DNA from: the human T2T-CHM13v2.0 reference genome, Homo sapiens
Assembly: GCF_009914755.1 (NCBI RefSeq)
Contig: NC_060927.1
Reading direction: 5' to 3' (one strand)
Length of the DNA: 64,000 nt
The position numbers were made by a program, and so were the translations under genes. How positions within the stretch are numbered: position 1 is the first letter of the stretch; each line of letters starts with the position of its first letter. This document shows, in pieces, positions 19,878 to 34,904 of this stretch. The notes below the pieces were generated by a model that saw only the letters and a list, made by a program, of their open reading frames with translations, was not told where the DNA came from and searched no databases.

Positions 19878-20225
19878 CAGTGCTATCCAAGAGAAAGATA
19901 AGCCAAGCCACAAATGGGAGACACATACATAACTTTACGTTTTCTAGTAGGCGAATTTAAAAGGTAGAAAGACCTCCTCCCAACCTGTCCACAGCCCAGG
20001 CAAGGAGCAATAAATAATAAATAGGTAAAAAGAAATAGGTAGAATAAATTCTAAAATATTTTATTTAACTGAATGGATATAAAATATTATGATTTCCTTA
20101 GTATATGAGTATTAAAAATTATGACACATTTTACCTTGTTTTGTATGAAGTCTTTGGAATCTAGAGTGCGTGTTATATTACAGCACATCTCCATTCATAC
20201 TGTGCACATTTCGAAGCTCATTTTG
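19878..20225 (+). mobile_element. MER33 (hAT-Charlie), left part
   Basis: cagtgctatccaa..agccaca..ttttctagtag..tttatttaac..acagcacatctc..cacatttcgaagctca. It stops short of the consensus terminus. Confidence 0.8.
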
Positions 20226-20243
20226 ACTAGGCCCTTTTTAATT

Positions 20244-20577
<334 letters not shown>

Positions 20578-20579
20578 CC

Positions 20580-21330
20580 TTTTTTAATTCTATAAAGACA
20601 CCATGGTCAATGAAAGCAGTTGGGCCTGAAGAAACAGGAAGTGTTGACAGCTTGAACATATGGAAGGGATAAATGGATGCAGGAAGAGCTCATGGGATCA
20701 CCTTGACAGTTGCTGTAGTTGCAGGTTGGCCAATGTGAGATCTAGTACTGCCATCAATTGTCTTTGCAATTTAACCTAAATTGTGCTTAAGCGCCTTGAC
20801 GTGAGTCTCTATTGTTACAGTGTTCTGTTGAGTCGTGGTTAGGGCATCATAAAGTCTCTGATCCAAAAAATGGTCCAAATCGTTCTTCAACGCACTGAAG
20901 GATCACTTTCTGCTGACCGATGGTTGCTACAAGAGCACTGGAAACGATCGCAAGGTTTGATATGTACAGTTTGATATCGTCAAGGGCAAGATCAGATCTC
21001 AAGTTGATGCCTTGGACTAGGTTCTCCATCGAAAGACCCGCCATCTTTGTTGGTTTGGACGCAGAGTGAGTGATCATACATCTGTGTTCTGGCCATTGTC
21101 CACCAAAGCCTTCACATCATTCATCAATCAGTGCTTTCTCTTGCTTTGGAAGTGCCATCTGTCTGCGCTTCTCCTCCTTGGCTGTTTCTGGGTTCTTCCT
21201 TGTTTGCCAGCGGATATCTTGCAGTTGCGGGTATATCATCCCATCTCACTCGATAAAACCTCCTGCATCACCATCATAGATCTTAAGCCTTCTTGTACGC
21301 TCAACTGTTTCCTAGTGGAGCCAAGATATG
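20580..21330 (-). pseudogene. Candidate endogenous bornavirus-like P (X/P) element (EBLP), disrupted by frameshifts and stops
   Basis: Unique insert splitting a MER33/MER3 element. Minus-strand peptides ALPKQEKAL/LMNDVK, GLSMENLVQGI, LDDIKLYISNLAIVSSALVATI, DLDHF and ALPASIYP are collinear with bornavirus P motifs. The insert ends in TTAAAAAA (20587-20580). Confidence 0.7.
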
Positions 21331-21395
21331 AATGTTTCCATATCAAGTAAAGTATGGAACATTTCTGTTTTGGCAGAAAGTTCTGCTGAGCAATG
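21320..21395 (+). mobile_element. Right-hand terminus of the split MER33/MER3 (Charlie1-type) element
   Basis: tatggaacatttctgttttggcagaaagttctg matches the reverse complement of the MER3 start seen in this window at 62082-62130. Confidence 0.6.
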
Positions 21396-21747
21396 GGCCT
21401 CCCAACAGAGGAGGTCCTAAGTCCCCAGTGAGGACAAGAAGGGGCACTGAGGGTTGGGGGATGGAGGAGTGCACACTGCAGGAAGCTGGGCTTGTGGGCC
21501 ACCCAGGAGAGTTTGACCTTTATCCTATGGACAGTGGGGAATCAAAAAGGTTTGGGGATTTTTTTGTTTGCTTTAAGAGCAGAAAGGTGACATGATAAAA
21601 TGTTCCTATTTAGGAAGGTGGTTTTCTGGAGATAGAGCAAGGCATGAACTCAAAGAGTGATTGACAATGGCAATGGAGGAGACAGACTGGAAACACAGAT
21701 GCACAGGCCAGAATCAATCCACAAGGAAGTATCTTCCAGTCCAAGAA

Positions 21748-22034
21748 TTTTTTTTTTAAGAAAAAGTCTTGCACAGTCGCCTAGGGTGGAGTGCAGTGGG
21801 GCAATCGTTGCTCATTGCAACTTCAAACACCTGGGCTCAAGCAATCCTCCCACTTCAGCCTCCTGAGTGGTTGGGACTACAGGCATGAGCCACCACACTT
21901 AGCAAATCTGTAAATTTTTTGTTGAAATGGAGTCTGTGTTGCCAGGGCTGGTCTTGAACTCCTGGACTCAAGCAATCCTCCCATCTCGCCTCCCAAAGTG
22001 CTGGGATTACAGGCGTGATTCACTGCACCCAGCC
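21748..22034 (-). mobile_element. AluJ
   Basis: Reverse Alu dimer. Confidence 0.92.
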
Positions 22035-23496
22035 CCATAAGACTTCTTACTCAATGCAATAAATGACTCTTTATTCTGAGATTATATTCCTTTTGGGGGC
22101 ATTAAGATGTTTTTATGAGATAGTGGAAACCAGAGATTATGACTACTTTCAAAATGTCCTTTCTGGGTAAATTTTAAAATAGCAATACTATGTTACTCCC
22201 AAAATTCTATTTCTAAAACTTCGTTTGCAAGTAAAATCCAAAATTCTGGGAACCACTGTCTTAAACAACTTCTGGAGCTTATTAAGATGACTATAGGGTC
22301 CAATGTACATATATTATTCTGTATAGTTATTTTCCTACTCATTTTATGCATACATGTCCATGTAGTAATAATACCGACATGACTCTTATCTTAAATTACT
22401 ATACAGTGATTTAGAATCTAAAATGTATTATTGTTTAGTCATTCCCTTAATGTCTTGTATTGAATCTATGCCTTTATTAGTATGAATAGCTTTATCCAAA
22501 TTAATTTTCTTCCTCCTAGCCCCAGTTCCATAAATTGTTTCCTCAGGTATGATTCCCAGCAGGAAATTTATGGGTCACTGGCAATGCAGTTTGGTTTATG
22601 TTTCATTCTTACTATACATCACCAGATTGTAGCAAAAAGACAATCTGCAGCACAGTCAACATTTCTTAATACCCCACCAATAATGGGCTAGAATTAATTC
22701 TGATAATTTCACAAACAGTTGCCTTAATTTTCATTTCTTGAATTGCTAGAGAGAATATGTCTGTTCCTCCTGATGATATTGTCTCTGAAATTCCCTATAC
22801 TCATCTCTCCTAACCACTTCCTGAGAGGATGCTGGGTTCCGACCTTTGGTATCTCAATTCCTCATATTTTGGATAACCATTTAATCTTTCAAACTGTCCC
22901 ATTATTTTCACCAATGCTGTAGCTTTCCATTTACTGTTTATTCTATTGCCTTTGGCTGGGCTATTTCTCTTTTATTCTCCTGATATTCAGGCACATCTGT
23001 CTTGTGTATGATGATTTTCTCCATTGCTTCTGTGGTCATAAGTTTATCTTCCCTGAACAGCTGGGTTAAAAATCCTATTCCATTTTCTTCTCGTTATTTT
23101 ATAGATAAATACAGTGGAACCTTAAAGCAGTGGCCTTTATGCTCTGAAATTAATAACTGCGGAACTTTCTACTATGAGTGCAATTTGCTCGGATAGCTCC
23201 CAAGGTGGACCTGGCCACATCACAAAATGACAAATTCCAAAGAACAGCTACTCATCTCCCATCAGGAGTGAAGGTGGACATGGTGTCTGAAGACTGAAAC
23301 TTTAAACTCTTCCTAAAGGGGCTCGGCACCCTAAAATTCTCTCCATTACCAGTGTTGGCACTTATATGTCAACAATCTTACTTAAATTTTGAGTAATAAA
23401 GGTTATCAATATACAAAAAGCAAGAAGCTGAAGAAATATACTGTCACCCAAGAGTACAAAAGCCAAACCAAATGGCTATAGAGGCATTTCATCTAC

Positions 23497-23630
23497 TTTT
23501 TCTTTTTTCTTTTTGAGATGGGGTCTTGCTATGTTGCCCAGGCTGGTTTTGAACTCCTGGCCTCAAGCAATCCTCTCACCTCAGCTTCCCAAGTAGCTGG
23601 AATTACAGGTGCATGCCACCGGACCTGGCT
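23497..23630 (-). mobile_element. FLAM / Alu monomer
   Basis: Single reverse Alu arm with T tail. Confidence 0.85.
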
Positions 23631-23772
23631 TCACCTAATTATTTTTCATATCATGAAACTCTATGGAAAATTTCAATAGCTTTCCCCAACAGATAGACAA
23701 CAGAGAAAAAACAATACGATAAAGGAAAAAAAAAAGCATACGTGTATTCATTTACAAAATTTAGATCGCTCT

Positions 23773-24067
23773 GGCCAGCCGCAGTGGCTCATGCCTGTAA
23801 TCCCAGCACTTTGGGAGGCTGAGGTGGGCGGATCACGAGGTCAGGAGATCAAGACCAGCCTGGCTAACACGGTGAAACCCCGTCTCTACCAAAAATACAA
23901 AAAATTAGCCAGGCGTGGTGGTGGATGCCTGTAGTCTCAGCTACTCAGGAGGCTGAGGCAGAAGAATGGCATGAATCCGGGAGGCAGAGCTTGCACTGAG
24001 CTGAGATCAAGCCACTGCACTCCAGCCTGGGCAACAGAGTGAGACTCTGTCTCAAAAAAAAAAAAAA
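23773..24067 (+). mobile_element. AluY-like
   Basis: gatcacgaggtcaggagatc, gaatggcatgaa and gagcttgca diagnostics. Confidence 0.92.
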
Positions 24068-24947
24068 TTTTTTTTAGATTGCTCTGTATAGATTTTTACG
24101 TATCTACATCTGTAATACACAGGGAAAAAAACCCAAAAGCAAATTCACTGAAAGGTTAACAGTGGTTATCTGTAGGGAGGTACAATTGTAGGTAATTTTA
24201 ATTTTCTTTATACATTTTTTGCAATATAAACTTGCATTATAGAATTTATATAAATAAAACTTCTTTGTACACCCATACACAAAAGCCATACTTATTTTAA
24301 AAATTTGAATTCTTTTTAAATGAAGGTAGAAAACATTCTGTTGAATCAAACGCTACTAATTAATCATGCTAAAGTACCTCAACTTTTATTTAGGTCACTG
24401 CTCACTACACACAAGTCCTACATTTTTTTTTCATACATACAGGCTTCCTATCATTTATAACAGTAAGTCCACAGAGATTCATTATAATACAATAAAGAAT
24501 ATTATCAAAATACCATAAACTTTCAACTGCCTTTGTTCAAGGTTATGGTCTCAAATTACTTATAAACTAATCTGCGATGAGGTCTACATAAAAGTGAAAT
24601 GATGGTATCATAGTTAAGTGTTGTGTCATTTTATCACTGCCAGTTAATGTAATGGTATTTATCTAACAGGAACTTTTTATAAAACTTAACTATTCTTTAA
24701 AATACTCTAGCAGGAAAAATAAAGTGGTGGGGGAAATAAAAACAGATAAAACAAGAACAATGGAAAGTTGGAATTGTTAAAGTAAGGTGATGGATATAGG
24801 GTTGCATTACTATTCTATTTTGCATATATTTGAAAATTTTCCATTATACAATGTTTTGAAAAGGTGCTAAGAAAATGAAAAGAAATATAAACCTGTGCAC
24901 AATCATTCATCATATCAACTAACGTAACACAATTAAGCTAATAGCTA

Positions 24948-25419
<472 letters not shown>

Positions 25420-26457
25420 TGATTCGGATTTCAGACTGTCCTTCCTGGGCCAGATTCAGAACCAAGATAGTCAGCTAACAGAGCACTACCTGGCTTGTGA
25501 CATTTAAAAACTAAAGCCAGACGCATGCTAACTCAAGCAGCGGCAAGACCCTAGTCGAGGAGTCTCATTCTGTGTGACACGGAGGAAGAGCCCTGCCACT
25601 TTCTCTAAGAGGAAAGCAAACTGGTCTGTACCCAAGTAAGCTGCAGAGCAAAAAACCTCAGCACTCAAAGGAAGTAGGCAACCAAAACCACCATCATTTA
25701 TTTGAGAGTCTGTTCTCTATAACAGCTGCAGAGGATGACAGGGATACTAAGGATCTGGGATCCCCAAACTGATGACTTCTCAGTGCATCAAAAGCGAAAT
25801 TTAAACATAACCTCGCCTCACTTTTATAAGGCACAATTAAAGAGTTTTCATTGTCACAAATGATCCTATTTCCCCAGAGAAGGCTGGCAAAGCCTGTTTT
25901 ATTTCCATTTTACAGGTGTAGAAACTGAGGTTCGGGGCTGTCAGAAGACTTGCTCTTAAACAAGTCTTCTGACTTCAAGGACAGTATTCTTTTCACTACC
26001 CAACCCTCCCCTTGGAGTGTGTCTATGAGGGGAAGCAGGAGAGGAGAGAAAGAAAGTGAAGCAGGGCAGAAAACAGGGGGTATCTGCGTTATGTCTAGCA
26101 CTTCCTGAGTTTCAAAACACCCAAAGTTATTTTCTTATTATCCATGAGGTTTGGCCTAGTCTTTGCTATGAGCGTGGATTTAACTGTACTTCATTTACAT
26201 CCATATTTTTGTAGGCTTGCTTTCTCTGCTTTCCGAGTTCTCAGAGTAGTCTCCTAACAATTCACTTAACCTAAGAAATAGGAACAATTAACTTTTTTTA
26301 AACCAGGAAGGACCGTCACAGCCGTGTGGCTGGGAGGTTTGCTGCTGGTCCTCTCTCCATAAATCAAGACGGCGCAAAGGAAGAGGAGTCGGCAGAGCGA
26401 CTGTCACAGCCCCCAACTCCCCGGGGCTGCTTAACCTAGTAGGAGAGCAAAGCCTAC

Positions 26458-26649
26458 CTCTCTGACTTCGTGAAGCTGGCCGGAATACTGACTCTTGGCT
26501 CTTCGGGCGGCTGCAGGCGACTTGTGATGCGTGATTGTGACAACACCGGGGGCCCCCACACTGAGGTGTCTCTGGCTACAGGGAGACGCAGAATTGGGTG
26601 TTCCATGTGGGAGCAAAGTGAGACTTCGGCTTCGGGAGCTTGGAGCACT
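26458..26649 (-). CDS. OSBPL10: OSBPL10 (oxysterol-binding protein-like 10 / ORP10) internal coding exon just C-terminal to the PH domain (probably exon 4)
   Basis: Minus strand reads ttgcttattctag|AGTGCT...GTCAGAGAG|gtaggc. The exon is 192 nt, phase 0-0, and translates to [64 protein letters not shown], recognised as ORP10. A branch-like TTTGAC lies about 20 nt upstream of the acceptor. Confidence 0.93.
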
Positions 26650-27319
26650 CTAGAATAAGCAACAGGTGTCAAAACTCAACAACTGACCTGCAGAACACAA
26701 CTAAGTGTTGGCTTCTATTCATTTTGGACCTCTTCATCTTTCCCCTTCCTCTCTTTAGGGAGCTGAAGGTATGAAGGAGGTATAACAACACTGCATGCCC
26801 AAATCCCACAGATACTCACTGAACTGCCCTTCCTTAGCTGCCCTTCTGGTTTCATCTCCAATTGTGCTTCCTGTCCTACGCTATGGCCATGAACAGCTAT
26901 TCAAAATCCTGCCCCCCACCGTCCCCGACCCACACACCATGGACGCTCATGGAGCTCTGCCTCTCTACCTATTATTTCCTGTTCCTAGAATGCCCTTCCT
27001 CTGTGGCTGGTCAGCCTCTGCTGAACCTTCAAACTCAGCATGGTGTTCTCTGCTCTGTGAAGCATCTCCCTGGCTTTCTCGGCCTCTCTGCTGCTCTTAT
27101 TCCACTGCATCAAGATTATATTGATTATCCAGTTACTTTCTTAAGAGATGCTTTCATGCTCATCTTTATATCCCCAAGGCCTGGCACATCACAATTGTTT
27201 AATTTATTAAGTGCTTAATAATGTCATCTATATGCACGAACTAAGCTGTCCACCAAGTATTCCTCATTTGTTAGTCCAGTGTTTACATTTCATCCTGTGG
27301 TAATATATAATCCAAATTA

Positions 27320-28800
<1,481 letters not shown>

Positions 28801-29644
28801 TAATTTTGCATAAAATTTACATTCTAATTGTTCCTATACTTCATCTCAGCTTGAGAAAAGGCAAGTTAGATAATGTGGAAATCATCTAGTTCCTACAGTT
28901 CAAACATTTACTGAATACCTACTATGTGCCTAGGAAAATGTCTACTGTGTAGTGTCAGGAAGAAAACAAAATGTATGAGACAGTTTTTCACCATAGATAC
29001 CTATAATATTGCTGGGGATGTAAGATGCACATATACAGAGACAGACGGAGGGAAACATACACAGATGCACACTTACAAGATGGTGCATAACAGGGGCTAA
29101 TTTGGCAATACAGCCAGAAAATGTCAAAGAAGTGAGCTCATCTCATCACGGCAGGATGTTCCAAGGGTGATGGGCCTGAAGCCTGAGTAGGCTTTGGGAA
29201 GCTAGACAGGCAAGGCAGCACACTACATAGCAACCCAACAGTCTGGATACCCTAGGTAGTCTTAGCCTCAGGCCTCGGCTAACAGGCACAGCTCTAAAAA
29301 CTGTTAAATGTTAATGATCCATCGTTTTACAGATCACCAGGGGATGAAGGAGTGGGGCGAGAGCCAGGGTAGAAATCAGAGTTTGGGTTTACCTTGAAAT
29401 ACCGCAGATTGTAAAGATTCTCTGGATTTGACTTGGACATAATGAATTGGAATGCAGATAAAGATAGGAAATAACCATATAATAATCACCTACTTTCAGC
29501 TTCAATCTTTTCACTTGGAGAGTAGAGGGAGAAAGAGGATATTTCTTTAATAACAGTAAATTTGCCTAAGTATTAAGAGTCCACTGAAATATATTTTGAC
29601 TGTCAGCGAGGCTTATTCCAGTCCAGGAAAAGGCAGATTTTTCC

Positions 29645-29890
29645 CTGGGCTTTGAAGCCAGACAGATAAGTTTCATTCTTCATACACACACCTCTATCCC
29701 CCCACTCCTCCCCTACCAAACCCCTGCTCTTGCCATGTGATCTGGGGTGAGTTATTTAAGCTTTCTCATTAAACATCAATTTCCTAATCTTTAAAAAGAG
29801 AAATAATAATATTGACCCTTAAAAGTCACCATGAAGTTTAAATTAGATTATGCATATACAATACTTAGCACAGTGCCTGACATGCAGAAG
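29645..29890 (+). mobile_element. MIR
   Basis: ggctttgaagccagac...cttagcacagtgcctgaca. Confidence 0.6.
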
Positions 29891-30105
29891 CTGCATGGAC
29901 AAAGTTTGTTTCTTAATATCACTGAAAACTTGAACAATGAAAACCTTATGGATTTTTAAAATGTTAAGAAGTTGCTTAGCACAAAATCATAAGCAGTCGC
30001 TGAGTCACTGACCTTCTTATTTTCTACAAGGTCAGACTGGTCAGAAGCCCAAAACATAATTAAATACTTACAGGGTCAGCCATTAAATATCAAGATTGTA
30101 GGGAA

Positions 30106-30106
<1 letters not shown>

Positions 30107-30155
<49 letters not shown>

Positions 30156-30164
30156 CTCTCTCTC
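30107..30164 (+). repeat. (CA)n(CT)n microsatellite
   Basis: Seen directly. Confidence 0.97.
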
Positions 30165-33100
30165 TTCTAATTCTGAGTAGAAATGAGGACTCTTCAGAAA
30201 TCAGTGAGGAAGACAGCTCTGGCAATAGACACCTTTGCCTGTAGCAGTATCACCATGAATGGCAATAAATCAGATTCACCCAAGAGCAAAATTATTCCAC
30301 GGTGGATGTCTAAAACCATGATCGTAATTACTTAATGGCTGTCATTTGAATTTACAAGCAGTAACTTTGAGTCAAAAAACCTTTAATTTTCCATTAACTG
30401 GGGATTTTCACAGTGTAATTCACATCCATGCCTTCTTTCAGGATAAACATGAGCAAAAAAGTCTTACCCTTCATAAATCCCACAGGTAATCAGTCATTAC
30501 AAGAACAAGTGAGAAAAGGCAGCAAATTGCAAGCACTATAAATGAGCAGGCTGTGTTTCCAAAAGGCAACCTGTCTACAATCTCCAGGTTTTGTTTCAAA
30601 ATTATGCCTCCATGTCATAAAAGCCTATCTTCGCTATTAATTTAAAATATTAACAGAGTCTGAGAAACAACATGGCAGGTTTTTGTTCCAAATATTTACT
30701 TCAATGGGGGCAACTAGAAACACCAAGTGTGCCATCTGTGGAAAATTCGGAGTCGAGAGCAAGTTTCTTCATCCTTTGCTTAGGAGAATCGTCCCTCACA
30801 CAGCCATCAGTGTTCATCTGGCTACTCCTTATGTCCCCTTGCTTCGTAAGCACCTGGCTGATGATGCGGGACAGCAAAAAAGAGTGTGGGAGCAGGTGAG
30901 ACCAAGTGCTGATGCTCAGAGCCTGTCCAGGCATCTGCACATAATCACACAGGCCTCTTGGTCTTTCCCTACATTCTCATTGAATGATTCCTAAATTTCC
31001 CAAGGTTGCAAAGAGAAGACAAAGCACACATATGCTTTGAATCTACTGGCCAAAACTGCCATTTGGGAAAGGGGTGCTTGGAAAAGGAGAGGAATCACTA
31101 GAAAGAATCTGTCCAATCAAGGTAATCGGGTAACAAGCCTGGGAGATAGAAGCCTAGTGTGAGAAAGCTTAGGGCAACAAGCACTGGACCATCCACAGGC
31201 CCTGTACCCACCCAGTACTATGGACAGTGTGGGGAGTGATTAAGAGCACACCTTCTCAAGTCAACTGCCTGAGTTCAAATCTGGGCTCCAACACTTGCAA
31301 GCTGTGTAACCTAGAAAATGTAGGTGTCTTCCATTCTAAAGTTTAATATTACCTACTTCATTGGGTTGTTGGAGAATGATATGAGAAAAGACACATAAAG
31401 CATGTGTCATAAAGTATGCAATGAATACTATCATTAATAAATTAATAAAATGAGGTCTTCAAGCCTCATTATAGGGGAATGGTTGTTAAGTGGTTCCTGA
31501 ATGAACTATATGGCCATTTTGGTCCTTGGTATCTTAAGTAGTCACAGTCTTAAGGCTTCCTTAACTTTAAAAGACAGTCATCCTAATTACTAAAAAACCA
31601 CTTGCTTCGGAGAAAAAAAATGCTCTTAAAATATGATTTCACATTTTCAGAAACCCACCTGTTAGAGAAAGCAAAGTTCCCTATAAATTAATCCAATCTA
31701 CATGGGTTACCCAAAAAAATAATTAGTATTTAAACTAATGGAAAGTTTCCCTTAATACTTGCGATAAACAAAGTTCCAAATAGAAAAGATCAGCTGGTCC
31801 TCAAAAACCTCTTAAGACATGTATCAAAAGTTTGTAATTGTTGAGCTAGAATTAAAAGGAGGCAAGGGAGGGAAGGGGGTTTAAGATTTCAAATAGACAT
31901 TTGACACAACCACTTCTACTGTAGAAAATTTTTCTGATGTGAAAAATTTCTGAGCGTCCACTAATTGTAACAACATTCAAATGACATTTACTTTGGAACA
32001 TATTTTCCTCACTTCCTTGAATTCCTTCACAGCAAGGAGGAAAAAAAGATACTATATTTCAGAAAAAAATAGCCCAAGGCAAACAGAAAAAAATCAAACA
32101 AGTCTGGTAATGTATTTTGAAAAACAAATTTAACCAACTAAAATCATTTGATTATATTTCTTCTCTTCCTCTAAAAAAATTGTGCCATATCTAAATATGT
32201 GAAAGCTAAGGATAAAAATCCTTTTCCTCTAAAAGTAAATATACTTCAAAATCAACAAAAAGAAAAAGCGTAACAATTTTTAAAACAGTATATTGAGGGC
32301 CTTAAAATTAGCTGGAATTTCACTTTCCTGATAGTCAACCTCCGAATAAAATGTGAACTGCTTTTTAAATGAATCTATTCCAGTATTTTGCTTAATTGCT
32401 TCATATTGACCTCCTCATTTGCATTGCTTTTTGTTTTTTAGTTGTCTATTCTTTCAAGCTTAAACAGACCTAAAGTAGAAGTAAGATTCTTAAAACTGGG
32501 AAATTTTCCAAGTTCATTTCCATGATTAGCTTTTCAAATTTGTTCCAGCTCTCTCTACTTTTCCAAATTCCTGTTTTCATCCAGAAATACGAGTTTCAAC
32601 ATTAAGTAACCAGGCATAGAAAATTTCTTCCATTGCCATCTTCAAATCTTTAATATATCTTAAACATTTTTCACTAACTTTATACCAATACCCTCTCAAA
32701 TGGCAATATAAATGCATGCAAATGTGTGTGCAAATGAAAAATCGTGGTTCTTCCAGAGACGAAGTCTCTAGCCTGCTTCTAAACACACTGTCCTGAATCT
32801 ATGAGTATGCACGCAAATGCCAGATTTCTGAAAAATTGTCACAAGCAAATGCATATATTTCATTTCCTGCAAATAGTGGGAAACAAAACTTGACATTTTC
32901 TGCGCTTTTTTCCCCCATCATTTTCAACTCCTCCCATCCACCAATCATCTAACCCCCCTCCTCCACCCCCCTGCCAATAAATCCTGCTGACTCTTCCTTA
33001 ACAGTTAATTCAACTGCTCTGGAATCCCCAGCCAGTCTCCAGGGCAAACCTGAAGGTCCCAAGTCAACTGAAAGCACTGTCCTTGGGCATCTGACCCCCT

Positions 33101-34606
33101 TATCGCACACCACCCTTTTTTCTCCACTTTCCACAGATCCACCCAGAAGTGTCAAGTGTGACTTCAAAACCTTCCACCTTCTCCACTTTGCATCCTCCAT
33201 CCACACCATTTGCTTGGGGCCTTGCAATTCCAAGTACCAAGACTCCTTTTGGATGCTTTATTTTGAAAACATGAAAAATTGTCTTTCTGCTGACAAAGCT
33301 CAATTCACTGCATTTCTCATGCTTTGGAACTATGCAATTTTAGAGCTAGATGGAATCTCAAGACATAAGTCTAGGCTAGTCCTTTCCTTTTATAGATCTA
33401 AAGTCTACAGCTCCCAAAAGGTAAATGAATCATTCAAAACTCAGGCCCAAATTATAAATCTCATTCAAGACTCAACTCAGAAAACACCTGATTAGAGATT
33501 CAGCCCCTTCAGCTGGGCCTTCACAATTAAATAAAGACCTCATCATCCAAAATAGTATTAACACAGGGCACACTTTAAAATAGTTGATAGAAAGGAGGAA
33601 AGCTGATAACTGTTACACATTTTTATCTTTCTTCTTACCCAAAACTTCAATTTAACCACCTATCATCATAAACACACAACACACCTCTGAAAGTAGGGCA
33701 ACTGTGTGCTATATTCCTAGAATTACAGATCCCCAAATTATATATATATATATATAGTAACATAACACAGAGACCTTTAAATGCTGAATTGCCATTTTAA
33801 TAGAGAAAAAATCTGAAAACAAGGAATAAAAAGAAATTTTCTTAATTAGGTTACAAAGCAAAAAATTACAGTAACCATCATATTTAAGTCATATTTAAGT
33901 TTAAACAAATTAGCTTCATTCCTTTTAATATTAGAAACAAGAATTCCACTACCACTGTTTCCTGGAAGCACTAGCCAACAAAATAGGACTAGAAAACAAT
34001 CACTGTAGATGTGACTGTTTTATTTCAAAAAAAAAAAAAAAATCAATGGGTCTCACAATGTTGCCAGATATATGATGAATTTAGAAAAACCAATAGCATT
34101 CCTTCATATCAACGATAACCAATCAGAAAATAGAAAATAAGATATCATTCACAATAGTAATAAAAACTATGATGTACAAGTATTAACCCAATAGGGAGTA
34201 TATGAGACCTTTATAGAGGAAAAAAAAAAATTTAATCCATGAAAAGAAATCAATGCAGAATTGAGAAAATGGAAATACACATATCAGGTAAATGGATGAG
34301 ACAACTTAATGTTGTAAAGATGTCAGTTCTCTCTAATTAGCTTTATAATTATTGTAATAAAAATTCCGGCAGGATTTTTTGAGCAACTCAACAAATTTAT
34401 TCTAATATGTAAATAGAAGAATAAAGCTTCATGAAAGATCAAGTTAATTTTGAAAATGTGAGCAAAAGGGAAGAACTCATCCAACCAGATACAAATATAA
34501 ACAAAACCACAATGGAAATACGCACACATACAAACACATACATATATGTGCATATTACGGTCTAAATATTTGTGTCCCCTCCCCGCTAAAAAAGCTCATA
34601 TATTGT

Positions 34607-34904
<298 letters not shown>

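Noticed and set aside
20847-21077. 76-aa ORF treated as an intact gene
   Set aside because: It is only one frame-segment of the disrupted P-like fossil, and there is no evidence of an intact coding sequence.
29393-29500. Possible minus-strand exon ending AAG|gtaaac (MSKSNPENLYNLRYFK)
   Set aside because: No convincing acceptor or promoter, and the peptide is not recognised in ORP10.
30672-30994. Overlapping 75-103-aa ORFs in non-repetitive DNA
   Set aside because: No recognisable homology, splice signals, poly(A) or TSD. It could be a conserved non-coding element but that cannot be supported here.
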